Assembly (NCBI GenBank): GCA_003599485.1
Contig: QZKM01000006.1
Location: 2,922-66,921 of the forward strand
Length of the DNA stretch: 64,000 nt
Source of the DNA: Gammaproteobacteria bacterium
GTDB lineage: Bacteria; Pseudomonadota; Gammaproteobacteria; SURF-13
Reading direction: 5' to 3'
Shown here: one piece after another, positions 41,122-50,485 of the stretch
Numbering within the stretch: the stretch's first letter is position 1
How the letters are laid out: each line of letters opens with the position of its first letter
Notes under the pieces: generated by a model
Seen by the model: the letters and a program-made list of their open reading frames with translations, nothing else
Database searches by the model: none
What the model was told of the DNA's origin: nothing
Made by a program: the position numbers and the translations under genes

Positions 41122-41277
41122 CAGTTCGTTGAAAAACGAACTGCTAGGCGCCACAAGGATGTGTCGCATCGAAAATCGAACACGCCAGTGTTTGATTTTC
41201 GATGCGAGCCGCGGGCGTGTACCGCGGCGAGCGAGTTGAAAAACGCCAGGGACGGCGTTTTTCAACAAACTGCTAGT
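41118..41277. repeat. 160-bp multi-hairpin element bounded by 9-bp inverted repeats CTAGCAGTT / AACTGCTAG
   Basis: Contains four stem-loops (gcagttcg-ttgaaaaa-cgaactgc, gcatcgaaaatcgaa..ttgattttcgatgc, ccgcgg..ccgcgg, ttgaaaaacgcc..ggcgtttttcaa). The first hairpin shares the GCAG-N4-GTTGARAAAC-N4-CTGC design of the A/B repeats. It begins at the TPR gene stop codon. Confidence 0.4.
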
Positions 41278-41441
41278 CCCGCCGCCGGCTATTTCTAAAG
41301 TGTGAACGGCGCCAGGCCCCGTACCGCGGCCTGTCCGCACGCTTCTTCATGCGTCAATTTTGCCCGCTTTAACAGGCGTTTTTCATCCAGAGGCCGCATT
41401 TTTACTGTATAATGGGCGGTTTGGTTTCCCGGATGTTTCCC

Positions 41442-43262
41442 ATGCTGGATAAATTACGCAATATCGCCATCATCGCCCACGTGGATCACGGCAAGACCAC
41501 GCTGGTGGACAAGCTGTTGCAGCAATCGGGCGCCTTTGGCGAACGCGCGGCGCTGACCGAACGGGTGATGGACTCCAACGATCTGGAGCGCGAGCGCGGC
41601 ATCACCATCCTGGCCAAGAACACCGCGCTGCGCTGGAACGATTACCGCATCAACATCGTGGACACCCCCGGCCACGCCGACTTCGGCGGCGAGGTGGAGC
41701 GCGTGCTCTCGATGGTGGATTCGGTGCTGCTGCTGGTGGATGCGGTGGACGGCCCCATGCCGCAGACCCGTTTCGTGACGCAGAAGGCGTTTGCGCTGGG
41801 TTTGAAGCCCATCGTGGTCATCAACAAGGTGGATCGCCCCGGCGCGCGCCCGCACTGGGTGCTGGACCAGACCTTCGATTTGTTCGACAATCTCGGCGCC
41901 ACCGATGAGCAACTGGACTTTCCGGTGGTATACGCCTCGGCGCTGCACGGCTATGCCGGTCTGGATGAAACGGTGCGCTCGGGCGACATGACGCCGCTGT
42001 TCGAGACCATCGTCAAGCACGTCAAGCCGCCGCAGGTGGACCCGGCGGGGCCGTTCCAGATGCAGGTGAGCTCGCTGTCTTATTCCAGCTACGTCGGCGT
42101 GATTGGCATCGGGCGCATCACGCGCGGGCGCATCAAGACCAATACGCCGGTGGTGGTGGTGAACCGCCAGGGCGAAAAGCGCAACGCGCGCGTGCTGCAA
42201 CTGTTCAACATGCTCGGCCTGGAGCGCATCGAAATTCCCGAAGCCGAGGCGGGCGACATCATCGCCTTCACCGGCATCGAAGGGCTGGGGATTTCCGACA
42301 CGCTGTGCGACCCCACCGCCGTCGAGGCCCTGCCCGCGCTGGTGGTGGACGAGCCGACGGTGAGCATGACGTTTCAGGTCAACACCTCGCCGCTCGCGGG
42401 CAAGGATGGCAAGTACATTACCAGCCGCCAGATCCGCGAGCGCCTGCAACGCGAACTGATACACAATGTCGCGCTGCGCGTGGACGAAACCGACGACCCG
42501 GACAAGTTCCGCGTCTCCGGGCGCGGTGAACTGCACCTCTCCATCCTGATTGAAAACATGCGCCGCGAAGGCTATGAGCTGGCCGTGGGCCGCCCGCAGG
42601 TGATTTTGAAACAAGTGAACGGCGTGTTATGCGAGCCGTATGAAAACCTGGTGGTGGACGTCGAGGAGCAGCATCAAGGCGCGGTGATGGAGCGCCTGGG
42701 CGCGCGCAAGGGCGACCTTGCCAATATGCAGTCCGACGGCAAGGGGCGGGTGCGTCTCGACTACATGATTCCCACGCGCGGGCTGATCGGCTTTCGCAAC
42801 GAATTCCTGACCCTTACCTCCGGCACCGGCCTGCTGCACAGCGTTTACCATCACCACGGCGAGCAGAAAAAGGGCGGCATCGGCCAGCGCGTGAACGGCG
42901 CCCTGATCAGCAACGGCGCGGGCAAGAGCGTGGCCTACGCGCTGTTCAGCCTGCAGGAGCGCGGCCGGTTGTTTATCGGCCCGGGCGAGGAGTTGTACGA
43001 AGGCATGGTGATCGGCATCCACTCGCGCGATAACGATCTGGTGGTGAACCCGCTGCGTGGCAAGCAGCTTACCAACATCCGTTCCGCCGGGGCGGACGAA
43101 AATATCATCCTGACGCCGCCAATACGCATGACGCTGGAACAGGCGCTGGAATTCATAGACGACGATGAACTGGTTGAAGTCACCCCGCACTACACCCGCA
43201 TCCGCAAGCGGTTGTTGCTGGAACACGAGCGCAAAAGAGCTTCGCGCGCGGCGGCGGGCTAA
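41442..43262 (+). CDS. typA: translational GTPase TypA/BipA
   Basis: G1 [10 protein letters not shown]3 DTPGH and EF-G-like domains. A TATAAT at ~41408 precedes it. Confidence 0.95.
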   Translation: MLDKLRNIAIIAHVDHGKTTLVDKLLQQSGAFGERAALTERVMDSNDLERERGITILAKNTALRWNDYRINIVDTPGHADFGGEVERVLSMVDSVLLLVDAVDGPMPQTRFVTQKAFALGLKPIVVINKVDRPGARPHWVLDQTFDLFDNLGATDEQLDFPVVYASALHGYAGLDETVRSGDMTPLFETIVKHVKPPQVDPAGPFQMQVSSLSYSSYVGVIGIGRITRGRIKTNTPVVVVNRQGEKRNARVLQLFNMLGLERIEIPEAEAGDIIAFTGIEGLGISDTLCDPTAVEALPALVVDEPTVSMTFQVNTSPLAGKDGKYITSRQIRERLQRELIHNVALRVDETDDPDKFRVSGRGELHLSILIENMRREGYELAVGRPQVILKQVNGVLCEPYENLVVDVEEQHQGAVMERLGARKGDLANMQSDGKGRVRLDYMIPTRGLIGFRNEFLTLTSGTGLLHSVYHHHGEQKKGGIGQRVNGALISNGAGKSVAYALFSLQERGRLFIGPGEELYEGMVIGIHSRDNDLVVNPLRGKQLTNIRSAGADENIILTPPIRMTLEQALEFIDDDELVEVTPHYTRIRKRLLLEHERKRASRAAAG

Positions 43263-43277
43263 GGTTTTCCTTGAGCC

Positions 43278-43985
43278 TCAGCCCGTGCGCGATTGCGCCG
43301 CGGGCGCGAAGAAGCGGTAGCCTGAGCCGCGCACGGTTTCTATCAAGTGATCGTGGCCGTATTTTTTCAGCGCCAGGCGCAGACGCCGGATGTGAACGTC
43401 CACGGTGCGCTCGCCGATGTAGACGTTCCTGCCCCACACCAGATCGAGCAACTGACTGCGGCTGTACACGCGCCCGGCATGGGTCATGAAAAAGTGCAGC
43501 AGGCGGAATTCCGTGGGGCCCATCTCCACCGCGTGCCCGCGTGAACTGACGCGGTGGCTGACGGGATCAAGATGCAGGTGGGCGATTTCAATGGCGTCGT
43601 CGGTGGCCTGCGGCGCGGTGCGGCGCAATACCGCGCGGATGCGCGCCATCAGTTCGTTGGGCGAAAACGGCTTGGTGATGTAATCGTCGGCGCCGGTTTC
43701 CAGGCCCTTGATCTTGTCGGCCTCTTCGCCGCGCGCGGTGAGCATGATGATCGGTATCCCGCGCGTCGCCTCTTCACGCTTCAGGCGCCGCGCAAAATCT
43801 ATGCCGCTCAGCCCCGGCAGCATCCAGTCCAACAGTATCAGCACCGGAGGTTCGGCGATGATTTTCGCCTGCGCCTGTTCGGCATTGTGCGTCTCGCTGT
43901 AGTCGTAGCCCGCGCGCGCAAGCGCGAAACCGATCATCTCACAGATGGCCGGCTCGTCATCTACGATCAGTATCGTGTTGGCCAT
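43278..43985 (-). CDS. phoB: phosphate regulon response regulator PhoB (OmpR family)
   Basis: Receiver domain (ILIVDDE...D at [10 protein letters not shown]) plus a PhoB-like winged helix. A canonical Pho box lies upstream. No phoR is adjacent. Confidence 0.75.
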   Translation of the reverse strand: MANTILIVDDEPAICEMIGFALARAGYDYSETHNAEQAQAKIIAEPPVLILLDWMLPGLSGIDFARRLKREEATRGIPIIMLTARGEEADKIKGLETGADDYITKPFSPNELMARIRAVLRRTAPQATDDAIEIAHLHLDPVSHRVSSRGHAVEMGPTEFRLLHFFMTHAGRVYSRSQLLDLVWGRNVYIGERTVDVHIRRLRLALKKYGHDHLIETVRGSGYRFFAPAAQSRTG

Positions 43986-44040
43986 GGCTGGCTTGTTGGT
44001 CTTTAATATTCATGTTGAATGACTATTAAAGTGTAAAATT

Positions 44041-44058
44041 ATTACAGTTATATTACAG
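44041..44058 (-). promoter_or_regulatory. Pho box (CTGTAAT-ATAA-CTGTAAT) upstream of phoB
   Basis: On the minus strand it reads CTGTAATATAACTGTAAT, a 7-4-7 direct repeat matching the PhoB-binding consensus CTGTCAT-N4-CTGTCAT. It sits ~56 bp upstream of the phoB ATG. Confidence 0.5.
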
Positions 44059-44068
44059 GGCCGGGATT

Positions 44069-45913
44069 TTAGTTCAGGAGCGGCAATTGGTCGGCGGAAT
44101 GGTCCGCCGTACGGCGGTCTATGAACAGGCTGTTGCCGCTCATGCTCTTGGCCTGGTGCTTGATCTCACCGGCGCGCACGGAAATCTCATGATGGGTCGA
44201 GAAGCGCCCTGACGGCGCCTCCACGGCGGCGATGGAGAGGCTCATGACCGGATAAAACAATTCATGGCCGCGCCGGTCCTTGGCCCACATGCCCCCCGCC
44301 GCGCGATGTCCGGCGTCATAGAGATGCAGGATTTCGCGCTCGAAACGTTGCAGGATGGAGCGGCAACGCTGTTGCCAGTCCTGGCTCAAAAACACCACGA
44401 TAAAGTCATCGCCGCCGATATGCCCCACAAAGTCATGCCTGTCATGCGCATGCTCGGCCAGAATGCCGGCCAGCAGTTTAATCGCTTCGTCGCCGCGGGC
44501 GTAGCCGTAGACGTCATTGAACGGCTTGAAATTGTCCAGGTCGCAGTAACACATGACAAAGGCCCAGCGTTTCTGCAGCAGGTCGTCCAGACATTCGTTG
44601 ATGGGCACGCTGCCGGGCAACAGGGTGAGCGGATTGGCGTAACGGGCGTTGCGCACCTGCAGGTCGGTGATCTTGCGCAGCAGGTCGGTGAGCGTGCCTA
44701 CCCCGGCATAGTGGCCGCGCGCGGTGATGATGAATTCATCGCTCATCTGCAACCCCGATTCGCTGGTAACGAGCTTGCTCAGTTTTTCCAGAGGCAGGTT
44801 CTGGTCCACGATCAGGGGTTTTTTGTCCATGAAGCGCGCGACGGGTTTTTTGCTGTGCAACTCGCGCCCGTAACGGCTGGCGAACACGTTCATGAACTGG
44901 TTGCGCCGCACCAGGCCGACCGGCACGTTGTCCTCGCGCACCACGGGCAGGGAGCTTAAGTGCGGCGCGCCGCAAAACAACTCGCCTACTTCGTGGAATG
45001 TCAGGCTTGGGCGTATGGACGCGCGTTCCATGATGAGCGCCGCCGTGGTGCTGAAACGCTGTGAACTGCGCAGATGAAACTGCGAGCTGCGCATGCGCCC
45101 GGCCATCATCACGGCCTGCGGCAGCATCCGGAGCGCGATGGCGTGAGGACGGGAAAAATAGTAACCCTGCCCCATCGGGATACCGAGATCCCGAATCGCC
45201 AGATACTCCTCTTTTGTTTCTATGCCCTCCGCGATCACTTTGCAATTCAGCGTCAGCGCGATTTCATGGATGGATTGCACGAACTTGCGCTTGACCACGT
45301 CTTCGTGGATACCCTGCACGAAGTGCATGTCTATTTTCACGTAGTCGGGACGCAGTTCCGACCACAGGCGCAACCCGGAATAACCCGCGCCCAGGTCGTC
45401 AATGGCCACCTCCAGCCCCATGGTTTTATAGTGCAGCGCCGCATTGTGCAATACCGTGTGGTCGTGTATCGGAGTATGTTCGGTGATCTCCATGACCACT
45501 TGCTCCGGGTCCATGCCCAAGGCCGCCATGTGCTGCAGGGTGAGCCCCGGTTTGAAGTCCGGCTGCAAAAGGCAGGCGGGGTTGATATTAAGAAACAGCT
45601 TGCCGGTCAGGCGTTGCTCTTTATAAGACTGCAGGGCCGCCTGCCGGCACAGCAGATCGAGTTCCAGCAGCCGTCCGGCGCGCAGCGCGGTGTCGAATAA
45701 ATTATCCGGCGTATGCAGTACGCTGTCCGAGGGGCCGCGGATCAGCGCCTCATAGCCGTAAATCGTGTTGTCCGAAAGCAACACGACGGGCTGAAATAAA
45801 GGGGTAAGCAACCGCTGTTCCATGATGTCATGGAGGGTCCTGGCCTGTGTCCAGTGTGCTTCCGCCTGATCGGCGGAAGGAGGGGCGTGCTGCTCAGCAC
45901 GGTAAGTAACCAT
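44069..45913 (-). CDS. c-di-GMP phosphodiesterase: EAL domain - CBS pair - degenerate GGDEF (GGDDF)
   Basis: The N-terminal EAL domain has all catalytic motifs (EALIR, EITE, DDLGAGYS, KIDMHF, AEGIET, QGYYFSRP). The central region is CBS-like. The C-terminal GGDEF fold has HIGGDDF in place of GG(D/E)EF. Confidence 0.75.
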   Translation of the reverse strand: MVTYRAEQHAPPSADQAEAHWTQARTLHDIMEQRLLTPLFQPVVLLSDNTIYGYEALIRGPSDSVLHTPDNLFDTALRAGRLLELDLLCRQAALQSYKEQRLTGKLFLNINPACLLQPDFKPGLTLQHMAALGMDPEQVVMEITEHTPIHDHTVLHNAALHYKTMGLEVAIDDLGAGYSGLRLWSELRPDYVKIDMHFVQGIHEDVVKRKFVQSIHEIALTLNCKVIAEGIETKEEYLAIRDLGIPMGQGYYFSRPHAIALRMLPQAVMMAGRMRSSQFHLRSSQRFSTTAALIMERASIRPSLTFHEVGELFCGAPHLSSLPVVREDNVPVGLVRRNQFMNVFASRYGRELHSKKPVARFMDKKPLIVDQNLPLEKLSKLVTSESGLQMSDEFIITARGHYAGVGTLTDLLRKITDLQVRNARYANPLTLLPGSVPINECLDDLLQKRWAFVMCYCDLDNFKPFNDVYGYARGDEAIKLLAGILAEHAHDRHDFVGHIGGDDFIVVFLSQDWQQRCRSILQRFEREILHLYDAGHRAAGGMWAKDRRGHELFYPVMSLSIAAVEAPSGRFSTHHEISVRAGEIKHQAKSMSGNSLFIDRRTADHSADQLPLLN

Positions 45914-45986
45914 GTATGCGCCTTATCATAGGTGAAGTTCAGCGTTGAAACAATTCCAGCCGCCGGGCCAAAGCCCGGCGCCGGAA

Positions 45987-46301
45987 TTACACCGTGCCGG
46001 CGCCATGAAGCCGGGTTATAGTGTCCATGTCTTCTATATAGACGCGCGGGATGCGCTGCACGGCCCCGTCGCCTGTATCCAGCATCGGGTCCGTGAACGC
46101 CAGTAGATGGCCCTGCCAGCAGGCATCGTTCAAGCGCTCGTCCAAGGGCGCCATCTCCACATACACGCCACTTTCGCCACCCGGCCTCAGGATTTTTGTC
46201 ACCTTGAGTTCAATGCCCTGCTCGTTGATATAAATATCGCCCAGCTTGATAATGTTGCCGTTGGGCGTGGACAGTTCCAGAAACAAACGGTCTTTGCTCA
46301 T
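45987..46301 (-). CDS. hypothetical ~104-aa protein upstream of the EAL gene
   Basis: An RBS (ggagagg) precedes MSKDRLFLELS. No recognised domain. Co-oriented with the EAL-CBS-GGDEF gene. Confidence 0.35.
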   Translation of the reverse strand: MSKDRLFLELSTPNGNIIKLGDIYINEQGIELKVTKILRPGGESGVYVEMAPLDERLNDACWQGHLLAFTDPMLDTGDGAVQRIPRVYIEDMDTITRLHGAGTV

Positions 46302-46433
46302 TAACGCCTCTCCATAAATAGCAGCGCGCATCATGCGGCAGATGCGTGACAGGATAATGACACCGGGGGCGAAAGCGCGGCTCGTCCCGGGCTTTCATGC
46401 CGCGAACTGCCGGGAGGCGCAAATTTATTTATC

Positions 46434-46462
46434 CTGTAACAACTTGTTCATTTTTCTGTAAC
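46434..46462 (+). promoter_or_regulatory. Pho-box-like triple 7-mer array (CTGTAAC-N4-TGTTCAT-N4-CTGTAAC) upstream of porin gene
   Basis: Three CTGTNAY-like heptamers at 11-bp periodicity, ~118 bp upstream of the porin ATG and ~2.4 kb from phoB. Confidence 0.4.
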
Positions 46463-46579
46463 ATGACACCGGCAAGCTACGCCCACGGTTTTGAGATTGC
46501 TGGCCGGTTGACGGTTTGGCACAGCGGATTACTTCAGGATTAATCAACAAATTCATAATGTTACTTTAAAAAGGAGAGT

Positions 46580-47644
46580 ATGGCCATGAAGCAGCACCCA
46601 CATAAAAAACTCTACGCGGCGCTTGTCACGGCGCTGTGCGCAGCGTCCTTTGCGGCACAGGCGGACGAAACCTACAAGATTTACGGCAAGGCGCGCGCCT
46701 CCGTGGATTTCACGGACGACGGCTCAGATAACGTCACCAACGTCTCCAGCAACAGCTCGCGTTTGGGCTTCAAGGGCAGCGAGGACCTGGGCAATGGGTT
46801 GAGGGCCCTCTTTCAATTCGAGACGCTGGTCAGTCTCGATGGCGAGGAAAGCACGCTGTTCGCCTCGGCCCGCAACAGCTACGTGGGCCTTGCGGGCGGC
46901 TTCGGCACCCTGGTCTTGGGCGTCACGGACAATCCCTACAAGCTCGCCACCGGCAAGCTCGACAACTGGGGCGACAGCATGGGTGATTTCAACGCCATCA
47001 TTGGCAGTATCAGCACAACGAAAACGCCGTTCAACGAACGCGACCCCAACAGCATCAACTACTGGAGTCCGAAGATGAGCGGCTTCCAACTGTTAGCCGC
47101 CTTCCGTCCTGATGAAACCGGCGGCGTGAAACGGGACAGATACAGCGTGAACGCTACCTATGAAAACGGTCCCTATTACGCCAGTGTTGCCTACGAAAAG
47201 CATGATAATGATACCACGGACGGTGCGGGTGGTAATGACACCGACGGCCTGACAGTCGGCTTGAGCTACCTCTTCAACCAGGACAAAACCAAGCTGGGCT
47301 TGGTATATGAGTCGCTGTCGGAGGATAAGATAGCAAGCGCGTTCGACCGCGACGCATGGTATCTGGCCTTGTCGCACAAGATGGGCAGCAACACCCTCAA
47401 GATTGCCTACGCCCAGGCCGATGACAATGACTCGGCAAGTAACACCGGCGCGGATTGGTTTGTGGCCGGTCTTGCGCACAAGATGGGCAAACGCACCGAA
47501 CTCTATGCCCTGTACGCCAACACCAACAACGACAGCGGTGCGAAGTATGGCTTGGGCACGGGCGGCTCCAGCGGTGCGGCCACAAATGCTACTGCCGGGA
47601 AAGACCTGTCCACCTTCTCCATCGGCATCAACCACAACTTCTGA
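46580..47644 (+). CDS. outer-membrane general/phosphate-starvation porin (Gram-negative porin family)
   Basis: Signal peptide (ALCAASFAAQA), amphipathic beta-strand periodicity and a C-terminal aromatic residue (...INHNF). The upstream Pho-box-like repeats suggest Pho-regulon membership. Confidence 0.7.
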   Translation: MAMKQHPHKKLYAALVTALCAASFAAQADETYKIYGKARASVDFTDDGSDNVTNVSSNSSRLGFKGSEDLGNGLRALFQFETLVSLDGEESTLFASARNSYVGLAGGFGTLVLGVTDNPYKLATGKLDNWGDSMGDFNAIIGSISTTKTPFNERDPNSINYWSPKMSGFQLLAAFRPDETGGVKRDRYSVNATYENGPYYASVAYEKHDNDTTDGAGGNDTDGLTVGLSYLFNQDKTKLGLVYESLSEDKIASAFDRDAWYLALSHKMGSNTLKIAYAQADDNDSASNTGADWFVAGLAHKMGKRTELYALYANTNNDSGAKYGLGTGGSSGAATNATAGKDLSTFSIGINHNF

Positions 47645-47664
47645 TTTTCTCCTAGAGTTGTAAC

Positions 47665-47703
47665 CAGCCGTTTGACGGCCACCCGCGGGTGGCCGTTTTT
47701 TTT
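47665..47703. terminator. bidirectional rho-independent terminator between convergent porin and sixA genes
   Basis: Hairpin ggccacccgcgggtggcc with a T-run (gttttttt) on one side and an A-rich stretch on the other. Confidence 0.6.
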
Positions 47704-47713
47704 AGGGGGTTAT

Positions 47714-48208
47714 TCAGACCAAACGCAGCAGGTCCTGCGGGCGGTAAAAGTACAGCAGCGTGCCTGCGCCGCGCGCCGCGCGGCGGTTGAACGCTATGCC
47801 CATGACGGCGCTTTTGCCGAACTTTATTGGGAAGTCCGCGCCCAGCAGCGCCTGGGCCAGCTCACTCAGGTCCGGCTCATGGCCGACGCACAGCACGGTC
47901 TCATCAGGTTTACAGCGTGTGAGCAGGGTAAGCGCGGTTTTGAGCGAATAGCGGCCGCCGAGCGCTTCGTCTTCGCTCACCGTGTTCGCCAGCCCCAAAA
48001 TCCTGGCCGTGATCCCGGCCGTGTGGCGCGCGCGCAGGCGCGGGCTGGTGAGAATGCGATCAGGCTTGATCCTCATGCGCTTGAGCGCCTTGGCCATGGC
48101 GCGCTGGGTTTTTTTGCCGGTTGAGTTGAGCGGGCGCAGATCGTCGTCAGGATAACGGCGCAGGCTGGCTTTTCCGGCCTCGGCGTGACGCATTAAAATG
48201 AGCAGCAT
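47714..48208 (-). CDS. sixA: phosphohistidine phosphatase SixA
   Basis: Histidine phosphatase RHAEA motif (LILMRHAEAG). Confidence 0.8.
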   Translation of the reverse strand: MLLILMRHAEAGKASLRRYPDDDLRPLNSTGKKTQRAMAKALKRMRIKPDRILTSPRLRARHTAGITARILGLANTVSEDEALGGRYSLKTALTLLTRCKPDETVLCVGHEPDLSELAQALLGADFPIKFGKSAVMGIAFNRRAARGAGTLLYFYRPQDLLRLV

Positions 48209-48210
48209 GG

Positions 48211-49029
48211 TTATACGGCGCCGTCCGTGTCTTTCTTGAAACTGTATTGCCCGATCTTGCCGCGCAGCGGCAGCAGTAACAGGTCAAGCAAGCCCAGCCG
48301 CGCGCGGTATTCCTTCAAGCCGATTTCAAAGCCCACTTGTCCCAGTGCCGGCTGCGCGCGGTAAGTGCCGCACAGCCGGTCCCACAGCGAAATGGAAAAT
48401 CCGAAGTTGGAGTTGGTTTCGTTGACCACGCTGGAGTGATGCACGCGGTGCATATCCGGCGTGACGATGACGAGGCGCAGCCAGCGGTCTATTTTTTCCG
48501 GGATGTGCACGTTGCCGTGATTGAACACCGAGGCGCCGTTCAGTATCAGCTCGAACGCCAGCACCGCCCAGGGCGGCGCGCCCAGGGCGGCGACGGCGGC
48601 CATTTTGTACAGCATGGAGATGACGATTTCAACCGGATGAAAGCGCACGCCGGTGGTGAGATCGAAGTCCAGATCGCTGTGGTGCACGCGGTGAAGACGC
48701 CAGAACACGGGTAGCGCGTGCGAGATTACATGCTGCAGATACAGTGCAAAATCAAGCAGCAGCCAGGCGAGCAGGAATTCCGTCCACATGGGCCAGGCGG
48801 TGAGATTGAACAGCCCCCAGCCGTGCTGCTGCGCATACAGCGCCGTGGCGTAGGCCCCGGCGCCCAGCAGCAGGCGCACCAGCAGCGCGTCCACGGCGAG
48901 CAGCGAGAGGTTGGTGCGCCAGTGCCGGCTGCGCGGCCCGGTGGGCGCACGGCGCGGACGCTGCGTTTCCCACAGCGCCATCACGATCGACAGGACGATA
49001 AAGCTGCCAAGGCGGATCAGGGTTTCCAT
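48211..49029 (-). CDS. fatty acid hydroxylase/sterol desaturase superfamily membrane protein
   Basis: His boxes HRVHHSD and HRVHHS with multiple TM segments. Confidence 0.75.
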   Translation of the reverse strand: METLIRLGSFIVLSIVMALWETQRPRRAPTGPRSRHWRTNLSLLAVDALLVRLLLGAGAYATALYAQQHGWGLFNLTAWPMWTEFLLAWLLLDFALYLQHVISHALPVFWRLHRVHHSDLDFDLTTGVRFHPVEIVISMLYKMAAVAALGAPPWAVLAFELILNGASVFNHGNVHIPEKIDRWLRLVIVTPDMHRVHHSSVVNETNSNFGFSISLWDRLCGTYRAQPALGQVGFEIGLKEYRARLGLLDLLLLPLRGKIGQYSFKKDTDGAV

Positions 49030-49030
49030 A

Positions 49031-49183
49031 TTATTGACATTTACCTAATTGGTTGACACGTATGTTTCCAGAGATCGTCATTCCCGCGCAAGCGGGAATC
49101 CAGCAGTGTGGCGGCTTTGGCCTTGGGTCCCCGCTTTCGCGGGGACGACGAATTTTGTCATCCATTTAGGTAATCTTCAATAA
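49031..49183. mobile_element. MITE-like element: 18-bp imperfect terminal inverted repeats (TTATTGACATTTACCTAA / TTAGGTAATCTTCAATAA) enclosing two REP-like GC hairpins
   Basis: The terminal repeats match at 16 of 18 positions. The interior carries attcccgcgcaagcgggaat and tccccgctttcgcgggga hairpins. The left repeat abuts the start codon of the desaturase-like gene. Confidence 0.35.
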
Positions 49184-49185
49184 AT

Positions 49186-49255
49186 ACAGTGGCGAGTGGC
49201 TAGTCGCTAGCAACAGAAATGTTCTTGTCACTTGTCACTAGCCACTCGCCACTGT
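49186..49255. repeat. 19-bp perfect inverted repeat (ACAGTGGCGAGTGGCTAGT ... ACTAGCCACTCGCCACTGT) immediately 3' of tRNA-Gly
   Basis: Arms at 49186-49204 and 49237-49255 with a 32-bp spacer. It ends 7 bp from the tRNA 3' end. It shares the AGTGGCGAGTRGCTAGT motif with the thiG 3' end. Confidence 0.45.
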
Positions 49256-49262
49256 TGTAATT

Positions 49263-49336
49263 TGGAGCGGGTGATGGGAATCGAACCCACGTTATCAGCT
49301 TGGGAAGCTGAAGTTCTACCATTGAACTACACCCGC
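49263..49336 (-). tRNA. tRNA-Gly (anticodon CCC)
   Basis: 74-nt cloverleaf folded by hand. Acceptor GCGGGUG/CACCCGC, U8, D-stem GUUC/GAAC, anticodon stem UCAGC/GCUGA with loop UUCCCAA, T-loop UUCGAUU, discriminator U73 and an encoded CCA. Confidence 0.85.
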
Positions 49337-49464
49337 GCGTTTTTAGCTTAGCATAACAGTCAGGATACCGAGAAAGCCTTTGCTTATTATTCATTGGCCT
49401 CCCTCGCACCGATGCCTTAAAATAGCCGCTTGAAGTGCCCCCGAAGGGGTGAGAGTTGTATTTT

Positions 49465-49665
49465 ATGCAAATTTTCGTGAACGGACAGGCGCGCGACGTC
49501 TCCGAAGGCTGTAACGTCACGCAGCTCCTCATGCAACTGGATATGGCCGGCAGGCGCTGCGCCCTGGAGATCAACCGCGAGATCGTGCCGCGCAGCGCCT
49601 ACGCCACTCGCAGGCTGCGCAGCGCCGATCAGGTGGAAATCATCCATGCCGTCGGAGGGGGTTAA
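49465..49665 (+). CDS. thiS: thiamine biosynthesis sulfur-carrier protein ThiS
   Basis: 66 aa starting MQIFVNG and ending in the GG C-terminus. Confidence 0.8.
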   Translation: MQIFVNGQARDVSEGCNVTQLLMQLDMAGRRCALEINREIVPRSAYATRRLRSADQVEIIHAVGGG

Positions 49666-49666
49666 T

Positions 49667-50485
49667 ATGAGCGCTCTGCCGTCAACCCAGCCTCAGCACG
49701 CCGATCCGCTCATCATCGCGGGCAAACGCTATACGTCACGCCTGCTGGTCGGCACCGGCAAGTACCGCGATCTGGATGAGACGCGCCGTGCCGTCGAGGC
49801 GAGCGGGGCCGAGATCGTCACCGTCGCCATCCGCCGCACCAACATCGGCCAGCATGCGAACGAGCCCAATCTGCTCGACGTGCTGCCGCCGCAGCGTTAC
49901 ACGATACTGCCCAACACCGCGGGCTGTTACACGGCCGAGGACGCGATACGCACCTGCCGCCTCGCGCGCGAGCTGCTGGACGGCCATGATCTGGTGAAGC
50001 TTGAAGTGCTGGGCGATCAGAAGACCTTGTTCCCTGATATTCCCGCGACCCTCAAGGCCGCGGAAATCCTGGTTAAAGAGGGCTTCAAGGTGATGGTGTA
50101 CACCAGCGACGACCCGCTCATCGCCAAGCGCCTGGAGGAGATGGGTTGCGTGGCGGTGATGCCGCTCGCCGCGCCCATCGGGTCGGGCCTTGGCATACGC
50201 AACCCTTACAACATCCGTTTGATCGTGGAAAACGCCAAGGCGCCGATACTGGTGGACGCCGGCGTGGGCACCGCCTCCGACGCCGCCATCGCCATGGAGC
50301 TGGGCTGCGACGGCGTACTCATGAACACCGCCATCGCCGCGGCGAAAAATCCGGTGTTGATGGCCACTGCCATGAACAAGGCGGTGCAGGCCGGGCGCGA
50401 GGCGTATCTGGCCGGGCGCATGCCGCGTAAGCTCTATGCGAACGCATCGTCGCCCATTGACGGAATGTTCTTTAGTGGCGAGTAG
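49667..50485 (+). CDS. thiG: thiazole synthase ThiG
   Basis: [19 protein letters not shown] followed by a TIM barrel with conserved Lys. Start taken at MSALP. Confidence 0.9.
   Translation: MSALPSTQPQHADPLIIAGKRYTSRLLVGTGKYRDLDETRRAVEASGAEIVTVAIRRTNIGQHANEPNLLDVLPPQRYTILPNTAGCYTAEDAIRTCRLARELLDGHDLVKLEVLGDQKTLFPDIPATLKAAEILVKEGFKVMVYTSDDPLIAKRLEEMGCVAVMPLAAPIGSGLGIRNPYNIRLIVENAKAPILVDAGVGTASDAAIAMELGCDGVLMNTAIAAAKNPVLMATAMNKAVQAGREAYLAGRMPRKLYANASSPIDGMFFSGE

Noticed and set aside
41454-42614. 386-aa minus-strand ORF
   Set aside because: Antisense to typA/bipA.
43986-44068. Looked for phoR adjacent to phoB
   Set aside because: No histidine-kinase ORF is present on either side within this window, so none is reported here.
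49339-49464. Possible TPP riboswitch upstream of thiS
   Set aside because: Only a weak ggggtgagag fragment is present. The conserved CUGAGA...ACCUGAUCUGGAUAAUGCCAGCG core was not found on either strand.
49200-49574. 124-aa minus-strand ORF
   Set aside because: It overlaps tRNA-Gly, the 19-bp inverted repeat and the thiS start. It is not coding.
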